Shown here: in pieces, positions 8,076 to 16,770 of the stretch | Position numbering within the stretch: the first letter of the stretch is position 1 | Layout of the letters: the number at the start of each line of letters is the position of its first letter | Assembly: GCA_964601725.1 (NCBI GenBank) | Contig: CAZRPQ010000001.1 | Location: 1-45,703, forward strand | From: an uncultured Salinivenus sp. | GTDB lineage: Bacteria; Bacteroidota; Rhodothermia; Rhodothermales; Salinibacteraceae | Reading direction: 5' to 3' | DNA length: 45,703 bases | Translations under genes and position numbers: made by a program | Notes under the pieces: generated by a model | Database searches by the model: none | Told to the model about the DNA's origin: nothing | The model's input: the letters and a program-made list of their open reading frames with translations, nothing else

Positions 8076-9110
8076 ATGACTGAGAAGGAGAAGGATCAAT
8101 CGAAGGCCACCATCTACGATGTCGCCGACCACGCGGGCGTAGCCATTTCGACGGTCTCGCGGGTGCTGAACGACTCTCAGGACGTTGCTGACGGAACCCG
8201 CGAGCGGGTGCTGAGCGCGATCCGGGAGCTTCAGTTTCGCCCAAATCGAACGGCAAAGTCTCTCGCTCAGCACTCGACGAGAACCATTGCGGTGGCTGTT
8301 CCCACGTTCACCACGCCCTTCCACACCGAGTTGCTGAAAGGGGTTCGAGATCGTCTCGACGACGAGGACGTGGACCTCCTGCTCTGTGACCTGGAGTGGG
8401 AGGCTCCACAGGCGACGCTCCACAATTTCCTTGAGGGAGGAGCCATGGAAGGGCTCCTCCTGGTCGGAGTCGCGGCCGACGATGAGCTGGCGGAAGAGCT
8501 AAGTATGCTCGGGATTCCCGTCGTACTCGTCGGAACGCACCTGGACGGCTTCGACTCGTTCTTCTGGGAAGATGAGCCCGGGGCAAAGCTTGCCGTCAAT
8601 CACCTCCTCGAGGAAGGCTACACTCGAATTGGGATGATCACCACGCCCCACAACAATCGAATCCGCAACGCCCGGGTCGAGGGGTACCGTCAGGCCCTCG
8701 AAGAAGCGGGGATTGACTTCGATTCCGAACTCGTCGTCCACGGCCACACCCGAAAACACGACGGCTTCAGTGAAGAGTCCGGGTACGAGGCCATGCAGGA
8801 CCTGTTGGCGCTCGATGAGCCGGTAGAGGCTGCATTCGCCAGCAGTGACGTGCAGGCCATCGGGGCGTGGCAGGCAATTCGCGAAGAAGGCCTCGAGGTG
8901 CCCGATGACTTTGCCTTCGTGGGGTACGACGACATCAAAGTGAGCCGCTTCATTGGGCTCACCAGCGTGGCCCAGAACATGTACGACGTCGGCAACGAGT
9001 CCACCGACCTGCTCCTGAGCCGACTGAATAACTCAGGTCCTGAGAAGTTTACCTCCCGGCTGGTCGAGCCCCAGTTGCAGGTCCGAAAATCGAGCGTCCC
9101 GTCTCGATGA
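8076..9110 (+). CDS. LacI family transcriptional regulator
   Basis: HTH TIYDVADHAGVAISTVSRVLN, hinge FRPNRTAKSL, and C-terminal VGYDD...LTSV. Confidence 0.96.
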   Translation: MTEKEKDQSKATIYDVADHAGVAISTVSRVLNDSQDVADGTRERVLSAIRELQFRPNRTAKSLAQHSTRTIAVAVPTFTTPFHTELLKGVRDRLDDEDVDLLLCDLEWEAPQATLHNFLEGGAMEGLLLVGVAADDELAEELSMLGIPVVLVGTHLDGFDSFFWEDEPGAKLAVNHLLEEGYTRIGMITTPHNNRIRNARVEGYRQALEEAGIDFDSELVVHGHTRKHDGFSEESGYEAMQDLLALDEPVEAAFASSDVQAIGAWQAIREEGLEVPDDFAFVGYDDIKVSRFIGLTSVAQNMYDVGNESTDLLLSRLNNSGPEKFTSRLVEPQLQVRKSSVPSR

Positions 9111-9198
9111 CGTAGGCGTCCCGACGTTTCTCCCTCGGAGCGCTCTTCGTTGCTTCCGGCTCAGAAGCCAGCTACCCTCGGTACTCCACCCCCAACCG

Positions 9199-10173
9199 AT
9201 GGACACGACAGTAATCGAAGACCAAATCGGGCACACGATTCGCGGCACAGACTTCGATGATCTCGGGGAGTGCTACCGGGGCAAGGTTCGCGACAACTAT
9301 CGCCAGAACGGACGACGGATCCTCGTTACGACCGACCGGATTTCCGCGTTCGACCACGTGCTTCCCCAGACGATTCCTTTCAAGGGACAGGTTCTCAATC
9401 AAACGGCCGCGTACTTCTTCGAGGCCACGAGCGACCTCGTCCCCAACCATGTCGTGTCTGTCCCAGATCCGAACGTGACGGTCGCCCAGGAATGCACGCC
9501 GGTTCCCATCGAGTTTGTGGTTCGCGGCTACATGGCCGGGCACGCCTGGCGAGAGTACGACAAGGGCGCGCGGAGTCTGTGTGGACAAGAGCTTCCGGAG
9601 GGGCTTCGAGAGAGCGAAAAGCTTCCAGAGCCCATTCTCACCCCTACCACCAAAGCGGACGAGGGCCACGACCAAGATGTCACCCGGGAGGACGCCATTG
9701 CGAACACCCACATTGACGAAGCGACCTACGACCAGCTGGCCGACTGGGCCCTCAAGCTGTTCCGACGCGGCAGCGAGATGGCCGCCGAGCAAGGGCTTCT
9801 CCTCGTCGATACGAAGTACGAGTTTGGCCGTACACAGGACGGCGACCTCGTCCTGATCGACGAAGTGCACACCCCGGACTCATCCCGCTACTACTATCAG
9901 GACGGCTACGATGAGCGACTGAAGCGGGGCGAGCCGCAGCGACAGCTCTCCAAGGAGTTTGTCCGCGAGTGGCTCATGGACCACGGGTTTCAAGGGCGGG
10001 CCGACGACAAGATGCCCGACATGCCCGATGCGTTCCGGACAAAAGTGACGAAACGCTACGTGGAACTCTACGAGACGGTGACCGGCCAGCCCTTTGAGCC
10101 GGACACACATCCGAATCCGGAGGAGCGGATTCATTCTGCCCTCGCCGACTACGTGCTCGAAGAGACCAGTTAG
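9199..10173 (+). CDS. purC: Phosphoribosylaminoimidazolesuccinocarboxamide (SAICAR) synthase
   Basis: YRGKVRD, TDRISAFD, EFVVRGY, TPTTKA, DTKYEFG, DEVHTPDSSR. Confidence 0.97.
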   Translation: MDTTVIEDQIGHTIRGTDFDDLGECYRGKVRDNYRQNGRRILVTTDRISAFDHVLPQTIPFKGQVLNQTAAYFFEATSDLVPNHVVSVPDPNVTVAQECTPVPIEFVVRGYMAGHAWREYDKGARSLCGQELPEGLRESEKLPEPILTPTTKADEGHDQDVTREDAIANTHIDEATYDQLADWALKLFRRGSEMAAEQGLLLVDTKYEFGRTQDGDLVLIDEVHTPDSSRYYYQDGYDERLKRGEPQRQLSKEFVREWLMDHGFQGRADDKMPDMPDAFRTKVTKRYVELYETVTGQPFEPDTHPNPEERIHSALADYVLEETS

Positions 10174-11000
10174 GTGGTGGCCCTCGCAGTCTCCGAGTCG
10201 AAGACGTAAGTGTCCGGTCTCCGATCGGCGAGCACGTCGTTGTGCTCATTGAGACGACGGTCACGAGCGTCGTGGGGATCGAACTCAACGACGGTTACCT
10301 CGTCGGTCGACCGATCCGCCCGATGGAGAATGGTCCCGGACGGGTCGCAGACCTCGCTCATCCCGATAAAGGAGAGTGTTTCTCCCTCCTTCTCCTCCTC
10401 CCCGTGCCGGTTGGCCGTGATGGTGAAGACGTGGTTCTCCCGGGCCCGGACGGGCATCGAATCGGGACAGTGTGGGAGCACGAGATTCGAGGGATGAGCG
10501 ATCACGTCGGCTCCCTTCAGGGCCAGGGTCCGAGCGGCCTCGGGGAAGTACCAGTCGAAGCACACCATGACGCCGAGCCGGTACGGCCTCCCCGCCCGCG
10601 TCGTCTCCTCAAAGACCCGAAATCCCAGGTCCCCAGGTTCGAAAAGCATCTTCTCCTCGTAGAAGAGGTGTACCTTCCGGTAAGTGCGCACGGGTCCCGT
10701 AGGCCGGACGACGACTGCACTGTTGTAGAAATGGCCCTCCTCACGCTCTGCCAGTCCGGCAACGAGGGTCGCGTCCAGCGATGCCGCCCAGTCTCGGAGC
10801 GCATCGGTGGACCGTCCTTCAGGGATAGGCTCAGCCACCTGGGCGAGATCCTCCTTCGACTGAAAAAAGTATCCGGACGTGAAGAGTTCGGGCAGGACGA
10901 TCAGGTCCGCGTCGAGCGAGCGAAGTCCAGACTCGACGGCCTGGAGATTGGCGTCAACGTCCAGGTAGGCAGGGGCGAACTGTAGGTAGGCAGCTCTCAC
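10170..11000 (-). CDS. Carbon-nitrogen hydrolase (nitrilase superfamily)
   Basis: E-K-C triad: LPELF, YRKVHL, VCFDWYFPE. GTG start at 11000 inferred. Confidence 0.93.
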   Translation of the reverse strand: MRAAYLQFAPAYLDVDANLQAVESGLRSLDADLIVLPELFTSGYFFQSKEDLAQVAEPIPEGRSTDALRDWAASLDATLVAGLAEREEGHFYNSAVVVRPTGPVRTYRKVHLFYEEKMLFEPGDLGFRVFEETTRAGRPYRLGVMVCFDWYFPEAARTLALKGADVIAHPSNLVLPHCPDSMPVRARENHVFTITANRHGEEEKEGETLSFIGMSEVCDPSGTILHRADRSTDEVTVVEFDPHDARDRRLNEHNDVLADRRPDTYVFDSETARATT

Positions 11001-11282
11001 GGTCAGCGGAGGCGTCAGTGGAATTAGGTCCGCGCAGTAGGTTCCGATGCCCATCCCGGCCCCCGCCACCGGGCCCTCCAGCCAGTTGCAGGTGACACGG
11101 GGCCGCGGAAAAGCATCGATCGATTCGTCACCGTGAGCAGCGGCGAAGAATCGGCGGGCATATAGTGTAGCGGTTCATTGGGGCGAGATCAAGGGAACTC
11201 CGAACACAGTGCTCTGGGTTGAGCCAGCGAAGGATAGTCTACCCGCGCCTGTTCACTTCGCCCGTAAACGCGGTTTGGTGTT

Positions 11283-11388
11283 TTACCATGCAATAACGGC
11301 AATTAAAAGTGGGACGGCCGGGCCGGTCGTCTCTATGTGGACGGGTGGGAGCGCAAGTGTACATCGAGAGCTCGCACTCGGCATTACG
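11283..11388. repeat. Intergenic REP/MITE-like repeat, copy 1
   Basis: 11311-11388 aligns ungapped with 24195-24272 (67/78 identical). Hairpin GGGACGGCCGG-G-CCGGTCGTCTC. Confidence 0.85.
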
Positions 11389-11878
11389 CATCCAATTGTC
11401 CAAGTGTGTCTTTGATCGCTTCAAAATCAGGCTGGTGGCCTGCATTGTCCAGTACTTCTGTGTACCGAACAATTCCGTCCCGATCGATGACGAACGCGGC
11501 GCGCTTGGCAATGCGGTCCAATTCCATAGGGGTGAAGTTCTGAGCGTACTTTGCTCCGTACAGGGCGCTCACCTCTGCGTTGTGATCACTCAGCAGAGGG
11601 AAGTCAATCTGATGAACCGAGCGAAACTCGGAGAGCACAAACGGCGAGTCCGTGGAAATCCCAACGATGTGGGCATCGCCAAACGAATCGAGGTCATTGC
11701 TCACAGTGTTGAGCTCCGTCGTGCACACGCTGGTGAACGCTCCCGGAAAGAAGAGGAGCACGACGGGCCGATCATGGTGCTCAGACAGCTGCCATGACTG
11801 CTGTTCGTCCGAGAACAGGGTGAAGTCAGGCGCGGCGTCCCCTACGGTAAGTCCAGAGTCAGCATTCGAAGTGCTCAT
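11384..11878 (-). CDS. Peroxiredoxin (AhpC/TSA family, 1-Cys AhpE/BCP-like)
   Basis: GDAAPDFTL, FFPGAFTSVCTTE (PxxxTxxC), GISTDS, KRAAFVID. Confidence 0.93.
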   Translation of the reverse strand: MSTSNADSGLTVGDAAPDFTLFSDEQQSWQLSEHHDRPVVLLFFPGAFTSVCTTELNTVSNDLDSFGDAHIVGISTDSPFVLSEFRSVHQIDFPLLSDHNAEVSALYGAKYAQNFTPMELDRIAKRAAFVIDRDGIVRYTEVLDNAGHQPDFEAIKDTLGQLDA

Positions 11879-11934
11879 GGTCGAGGATAGAATCCGTGAA
11901 AGGCAAGAGTGCGAGAAGAACCCCCAGTGAAGGG

Positions 11935-13188
11935 CTACTTGAAACGGATGGCGCGTACCGGTTCGACGCGGGCAGCAACCCGTGCGGGGACGTAGGCAGC
12001 GGCCCCGCACAACAGAATCGTTACCACAGCTACCAGTACGAAGTCCAGAGGATTCAGTCCAATGGGGGCCGTGGTCATGTAGTAGGCTTCCGCGGGAAGA
12101 GAAATAATTCCAAAGTGCTGCTGAAGGAGCGCCAGGGTCAGGGCCAGGCCCGCTCCAATTCCAGTCCCCACTGCACCGATGAGGAGTCCCAGCGTCAAAA
12201 ACAGGCGTTTCAGGGCTCCCCCAGACGTGCCCAAGCTTTTGAGGACTCCAATCTCACGAGTCTTCTCCAGAATCATCATGAGGAGCGTGCCAATGATGTT
12301 GAAAGCGGCCACAATCACAATCACCCCGATTACCAGCGGAATGATGCTCTGCTGCAAGTCCACCCATGCAAACAGGCCGGCGTATTGCTGATAAATTGTG
12401 CGGGCCGACACGGGAAACCCGAACCGGTTTTCGATTTGTGCGGCGAGAGAATCAATGCGGGAGACATCGGCCACGGTCACATTGAACCGGCTGACCGACG
12501 GCGTCGGCACGTTGCCCAGCCAGCGTGCCGAGGAGACGGTACTGAAGACGTAGACGTCATCAATGTTTTTGAGCGATGTATCATAGATGCCCCGCACCCG
12601 AAATTGTTTGACCCGGGGGGGCTTCACCCTCATTGAGCCCTCACTTGACGAGTCCTCTTGCAGTGCAAAGGTCGTGACGAGCTGGCCCACCTCCAGACCG
12701 AGCCGATCTGCCAACTCTCGTCCAACGACGAGGCCGGGATGATCTCCCTCTCCCTGCTGGACGTCAAAGGCACCGCTTTCCACCCGTTGCTCCAGATACG
12801 AGGGAAGCTGCTTCATTCCCAACAGCACAACGCCGTCGATCGCGTCCTCTGCGTGACGAAGCAGGACCGGTTGTTCGACCACCGGAGACACCCGCGAGAT
12901 TCCATCCATGCGGGCAAGCCCCGAGCGAAGGGACCCCCCTTGACTCAGCGGCTGATCCTGGACGTAGCTCGTTACCTGGATGTGCGACCCGAACCCAACA
13001 ATCTTGTTTTCGATCTCTCGACTGAACCCCCGAACAATGGCGAGCGCAAGGAGGAGGGCCGCCACCCCCAGCGCAACCCCCCCGATGGCCACATACGTAA
13101 TGAACCGCAGGAAACTGCGTCCCTCCTTCTGTCCCTCCGCCCCCCACAGGTACCGAAGGGACATGAAGCGCTCAAACTGAAAAGACAC
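11935..13188 (-). CDS. Lipoprotein-releasing ABC transporter permease (LolC/E, FtsX family)
   Basis: FITYVAIGGVALGVAAL, AAFNIIGTLLMMILEKTREIGVLKSLG, PARVAARVEPVRAIRF. Start is 13188 or 13221. Confidence 0.93.
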   Translation of the reverse strand: MSFQFERFMSLRYLWGAEGQKEGRSFLRFITYVAIGGVALGVAALLLALAIVRGFSREIENKIVGFGSHIQVTSYVQDQPLSQGGSLRSGLARMDGISRVSPVVEQPVLLRHAEDAIDGVVLLGMKQLPSYLEQRVESGAFDVQQGEGDHPGLVVGRELADRLGLEVGQLVTTFALQEDSSSEGSMRVKPPRVKQFRVRGIYDTSLKNIDDVYVFSTVSSARWLGNVPTPSVSRFNVTVADVSRIDSLAAQIENRFGFPVSARTIYQQYAGLFAWVDLQQSIIPLVIGVIVIVAAFNIIGTLLMMILEKTREIGVLKSLGTSGGALKRLFLTLGLLIGAVGTGIGAGLALTLALLQQHFGIISLPAEAYYMTTAPIGLNPLDFVLVAVVTILLCGAAAYVPARVAARVEPVRAIRFK

Positions 13189-13384
13189 AGGGAAGAGAAG
13201 TGCCGATTCCTGAAAGGACACACATGGGTGATGACCTTGCCACTTCCGCTACAGTGCCGCCGCCCAGAAGATCCAAGTCGAAGCAGGATTTAGGACGAAC
13301 AAGCGGCAACGAACACGCGTAATTTATATGACGATGGAAACGCTTTTCCCTCCACCAATCGGCGGCTCAACCTCAGCCCGTACC

Positions 13385-15073
13385 ATGAACAACGCATATC
13401 CCGAGACTCCGACTCCTGAAAACGAACCGGTCCTTTCGTACGAGCCCGGATCCGACGAGCGCCGCGCAGTTCAGAACCGACTCCGAGAGCTCAGAGACCA
13501 GACGATCGAGATTCCAGCCTTTATCGGTGGGGAGCCGACGTATCCGGGACCGACCTCCGAGGTGGTGCCGCCCCATGACCATCAGCATCTTCTTGGACGG
13601 GTGCATCAGTGTGGGGCCGACGACGTAGAGTCCGCTATTGACGCCGCCATGGAGGCGAAGGCCGAATGGGCCGCCATGGACTTCTCGGATCGGGCCGCCA
13701 TATTCCTCCGGGCCGCCGATTTAATTGCGGGCTCGTACCGCGACACGCTCAATGCGGCGACCATGCTCGGGCAGGGAAAGAGCATCCACCAGGCCGAGAT
13801 CGATGCAGCCTGCGAGCTCATCGATTTCCTCCGGTTCAACGTCCACTATGCGGAGCAGATCTACCGCGACCAACCGAACGACTCGAAAGGCATCTGGAAT
13901 CAGATGCAGTATCGGCCGCTCGAAGGCTTCGTCTTTGCGGTCACTCCCTTCAACTTTACCGCCATCCAGGGCAATCTGCCCACGGCCCCAGCCCTCATGG
14001 GCAACACGGTCTTGTGGAAGCCCGCGTCCCGATCCATTTACTCCGCCTTCTTCTTCTACAAGATTCTTGAGGAGGCGGGCCTTCCTCCCGGAGTCATCAA
14101 CATGCTTCCGGCCGACGACGGCGGAGCGGTCGGAGACCCGGTCCTGGCCTCCGAGCACTTTGCCGGCCTGCACTTCACCGGATCGGTGGGAACGTTCAAC
14201 CACCTCTGGTCCACCATCGGGAAAAACCTGGACACGTATCGAACCTACCCCACCATCGTGGGCGAGACGGGAGGCAAGGACTTCATCGTCGCCCATCCGT
14301 CCGCGGACGTGAAGCAGGTGTCGGCAGCTGTCGTTCGGGGCGCGTTTGAGTATCAGGGCCAGAAATGCTCGGCCTCCTCCCGCCTTTACATGCCCGAATC
14401 CGTCTGGCCGGACATTCGAGACGAAATAACCTCTCAGCTCGATGAGATCAGCATAGGTCCCCCTGAGGACTTCACCAATTTCCTCAACGCCGTCATCGAC
14501 GCGCGGGCCTACGACAAAATTGTGAGCTACATCGAGCACGCTCGCGAGAGCGACGACGCGGAGATCATCTACGGCGGCAGCTACGACGACTCGACCGGGT
14601 ACTTCATCGAGCCTACCCTCATCCGCGCCCACGCTCCGAAGGAAAAAACCATCCGGGAGGAGATCTTTGGGCCGGTCACTACCGTGTACGTGTATCCGGA
14701 CGAGGAGTACGCCTCCACGCTCACCCTGGTGGACGAAACCTCCCCGTACGGACTGACCGGGGCCATTTTTGCCCGCGACCGCGCCGCCATCAAATTGGCG
14801 AGCGACGTTCTTGAGCAGGCCGCCGGCAACTTCTACGTCAACGACAAGCCGACCGGGGCCGTCGTCGGTCAGCAGCCCTTCGGCGGAGCCCGCCGATCAG
14901 GGACCAACGACAAGGCCGGGTCGGCCTACAACCTCATGCGTTGGGTGTCGCCCCGAGCCATCAAGGAAAACTTTGATCCCCCCACGCACTACGGATACGC
15001 CTGGAATCAACCGGATGCTGTCGAGGAGCAGGACGAACCACGCAAGGAAGCCGGCGATGGAACGGTTGCTTGA
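13385..15073 (+). CDS. pruA: L-glutamate gamma-semialdehyde (P5C) dehydrogenase
   Basis: AEIDAACELIDFLRFN, PFNFTAI, FTGS, ETGGKD, FEYQGQKCSA, EEIFGP, TGAVVGQQPFGG. Confidence 0.97.
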   Translation: MNNAYPETPTPENEPVLSYEPGSDERRAVQNRLRELRDQTIEIPAFIGGEPTYPGPTSEVVPPHDHQHLLGRVHQCGADDVESAIDAAMEAKAEWAAMDFSDRAAIFLRAADLIAGSYRDTLNAATMLGQGKSIHQAEIDAACELIDFLRFNVHYAEQIYRDQPNDSKGIWNQMQYRPLEGFVFAVTPFNFTAIQGNLPTAPALMGNTVLWKPASRSIYSAFFFYKILEEAGLPPGVINMLPADDGGAVGDPVLASEHFAGLHFTGSVGTFNHLWSTIGKNLDTYRTYPTIVGETGGKDFIVAHPSADVKQVSAAVVRGAFEYQGQKCSASSRLYMPESVWPDIRDEITSQLDEISIGPPEDFTNFLNAVIDARAYDKIVSYIEHARESDDAEIIYGGSYDDSTGYFIEPTLIRAHAPKEKTIREEIFGPVTTVYVYPDEEYASTLTLVDETSPYGLTGAIFARDRAAIKLASDVLEQAAGNFYVNDKPTGAVVGQQPFGGARRSGTNDKAGSAYNLMRWVSPRAIKENFDPPTHYGYAWNQPDAVEEQDEPRKEAGDGTVA

Positions 15074-15203
15074 CTCCGCGAATCCACAGAGCACTTTCCT
15101 ACGCCGAAGTGGCTTTCTGCCCTCGTGACGGCCCGAGCTGAAACGCCGGTAGTGCACTCCCTGCGCCCTCCCTTTCTCCTTCTTCTGGCGTCCTCCATCT
15201 AAC

Positions 15204-15683
15204 GTGGCCACAATTTTTGAGAGCACGCACCATCCCGACGACACCCCCTGGGGAATCGTGTATACTCGATTTCTCGCCCGCCCCCTCGCCGTGTGCACGG
15301 TTCCTCTCATGATCGGGGCCACGACCTCCGCCTTGCTGAGCCAGCCGATTTGGATCTACCTCGTGTGGGGGCTTCCGACCGCGATCGCTCTGGCGACGGT
15401 GTGGACTCACTTTACCATGTCCCGAACGATTGCCGAGGTTGGGTTTCGCTCGGGCCAGGCCCGGCTTCGAAGCGTGTACGACGTGCTTCTCGACCGCCCG
15501 GTTGAATGGAAGCCCATCTTTAAGGTTCGAACCACGTCCTGGCACGTCGAGCTCTCAGTTGGCCGAACCACGTATGAACTCCAGGCGGACCAGTGGCCGG
15601 ATTTCGCCGCCCTCCAAGACGTCGCTCGTCAGTCTTTCCAGCCCGAAGCCTCTCCTTCGGCCTCCCCGCCTTCCTATGCGTAA
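15204..15683 (+). CDS. Hypothetical membrane protein (2 predicted TM segments)
   Basis: Fills the gap between pruA and gntR on the same strand; two hydrophobic segments. Confidence 0.65.
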   Translation: MATIFESTHHPDDTPWGIVYTRFLARPLAVCTVPLMIGATTSALLSQPIWIYLVWGLPTAIALATVWTHFTMSRTIAEVGFRSGQARLRSVYDVLLDRPVEWKPIFKVRTTSWHVELSVGRTTYELQADQWPDFAALQDVARQSFQPEASPSASPPSYA

Positions 15684-15808
15684 CGTGCTCGAATTTTTAG
15701 AAGTGGGGGACGGCGGCCTCACCTGTGTCTCTACCCCTGTGGACCGGGCGTGGATTTCATTTTTTCTATTGCAATAACGGAAGTAAACCCGCCCCCTGGA
15801 CACCCACG

Positions 15809-16738
15809 ATGTCGAAACTCCAGATTGACCACGACGCCAACCTTCCTGTCCGGGAGCAGCTCATCAACCAGCTCCGGTACCTGATTGCGTGTGGCCACTT
15901 CAACGTCAATGAGACGCTGCCCTCCACCCGCTCCCTCGGCGACCAGCTGGACATCTCCTTTCACACCGTCCGCAAGGCGTATCAGGAGCTCGAAGACGAG
16001 GGGCTCCTCAGTTCTCACGTGGGAAGCGGCTACACCGTCGAGGAGCGGAGTCCCCTCGCCAAGAGCGAGCGAATGGAGCGTGGCGCGAAAGTTGTCAACG
16101 ACACCCTCCAGCAACTCGTGGGCCTCGGCCTGAGCGACGCCGAGATCGAGTCGCTCTTTCAAGAACAGGCGACCCTGCTGGACCACGCCGGCCTGGAGCG
16201 CAAATTGATCACCGTGGGTCCTCACGACGAACTAAATCGGATGTGCGCCGACCAACTCGGCACGGCCCTCCAGAAGACGATCCTGCCGGTTCCCCTCTCC
16301 CAAATGGAACGGCACAGGGACGCGGACTTCGCCTTTTCCCCGTATCCGTACCTCACCGAGATCTTGGAGACGCTCTCGCGGACGGACACGATGGGATTTG
16401 CGACGCATCTGCCGTCGAGGGTTCTCGAAACCGTGGCCCGACTGCGAGAGCACGAAACGCTCGGGCTCGTCACCCGCTACAGGGACACCATTCCTCCTCT
16501 TTCCGAGGACCTCCGAACGCACACCGCCTACGACGGCCAGGTGCTCGCCGCCTCGATTGACCAAGAAACGGAGCATCTGAAGGGATTCGTGGAGGAGACG
16601 GACCTGCTTTTGGCGACCCCGGCCAGCCAGCGACGCCTGCGCCCGTTTCTCGACGAGTCGATCCACGATTTTGAGGAATTGAAGGTGATGGTCAGCCAGG
16701 ACTCGATCGACGAAATCGCCGACGCGGTCCCGGCCTAG
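15809..16738 (+). CDS. GntR family regulator (YtrA-like wHTH with long C-terminal extension)
   Basis: LPSTRSLGDQLDISFHTVRKAYQELEDEGLLSSHVGSGYTV. Confidence 0.9.
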   Translation: MSKLQIDHDANLPVREQLINQLRYLIACGHFNVNETLPSTRSLGDQLDISFHTVRKAYQELEDEGLLSSHVGSGYTVEERSPLAKSERMERGAKVVNDTLQQLVGLGLSDAEIESLFQEQATLLDHAGLERKLITVGPHDELNRMCADQLGTALQKTILPVPLSQMERHRDADFAFSPYPYLTEILETLSRTDTMGFATHLPSRVLETVARLREHETLGLVTRYRDTIPPLSEDLRTHTAYDGQVLAASIDQETEHLKGFVEETDLLLATPASQRRLRPFLDESIHDFEELKVMVSQDSIDEIADAVPA

Positions 16739-16770
16739 GCGATCAATCCTCCTCATTCGCTCTCAAGATC

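Noticed and set aside
11152-11210. tRNA-like start GCGGGCATATAGTGTAGCGGTTC
   Set aside because: No T-arm (TTCRA) and no complementary acceptor stem.
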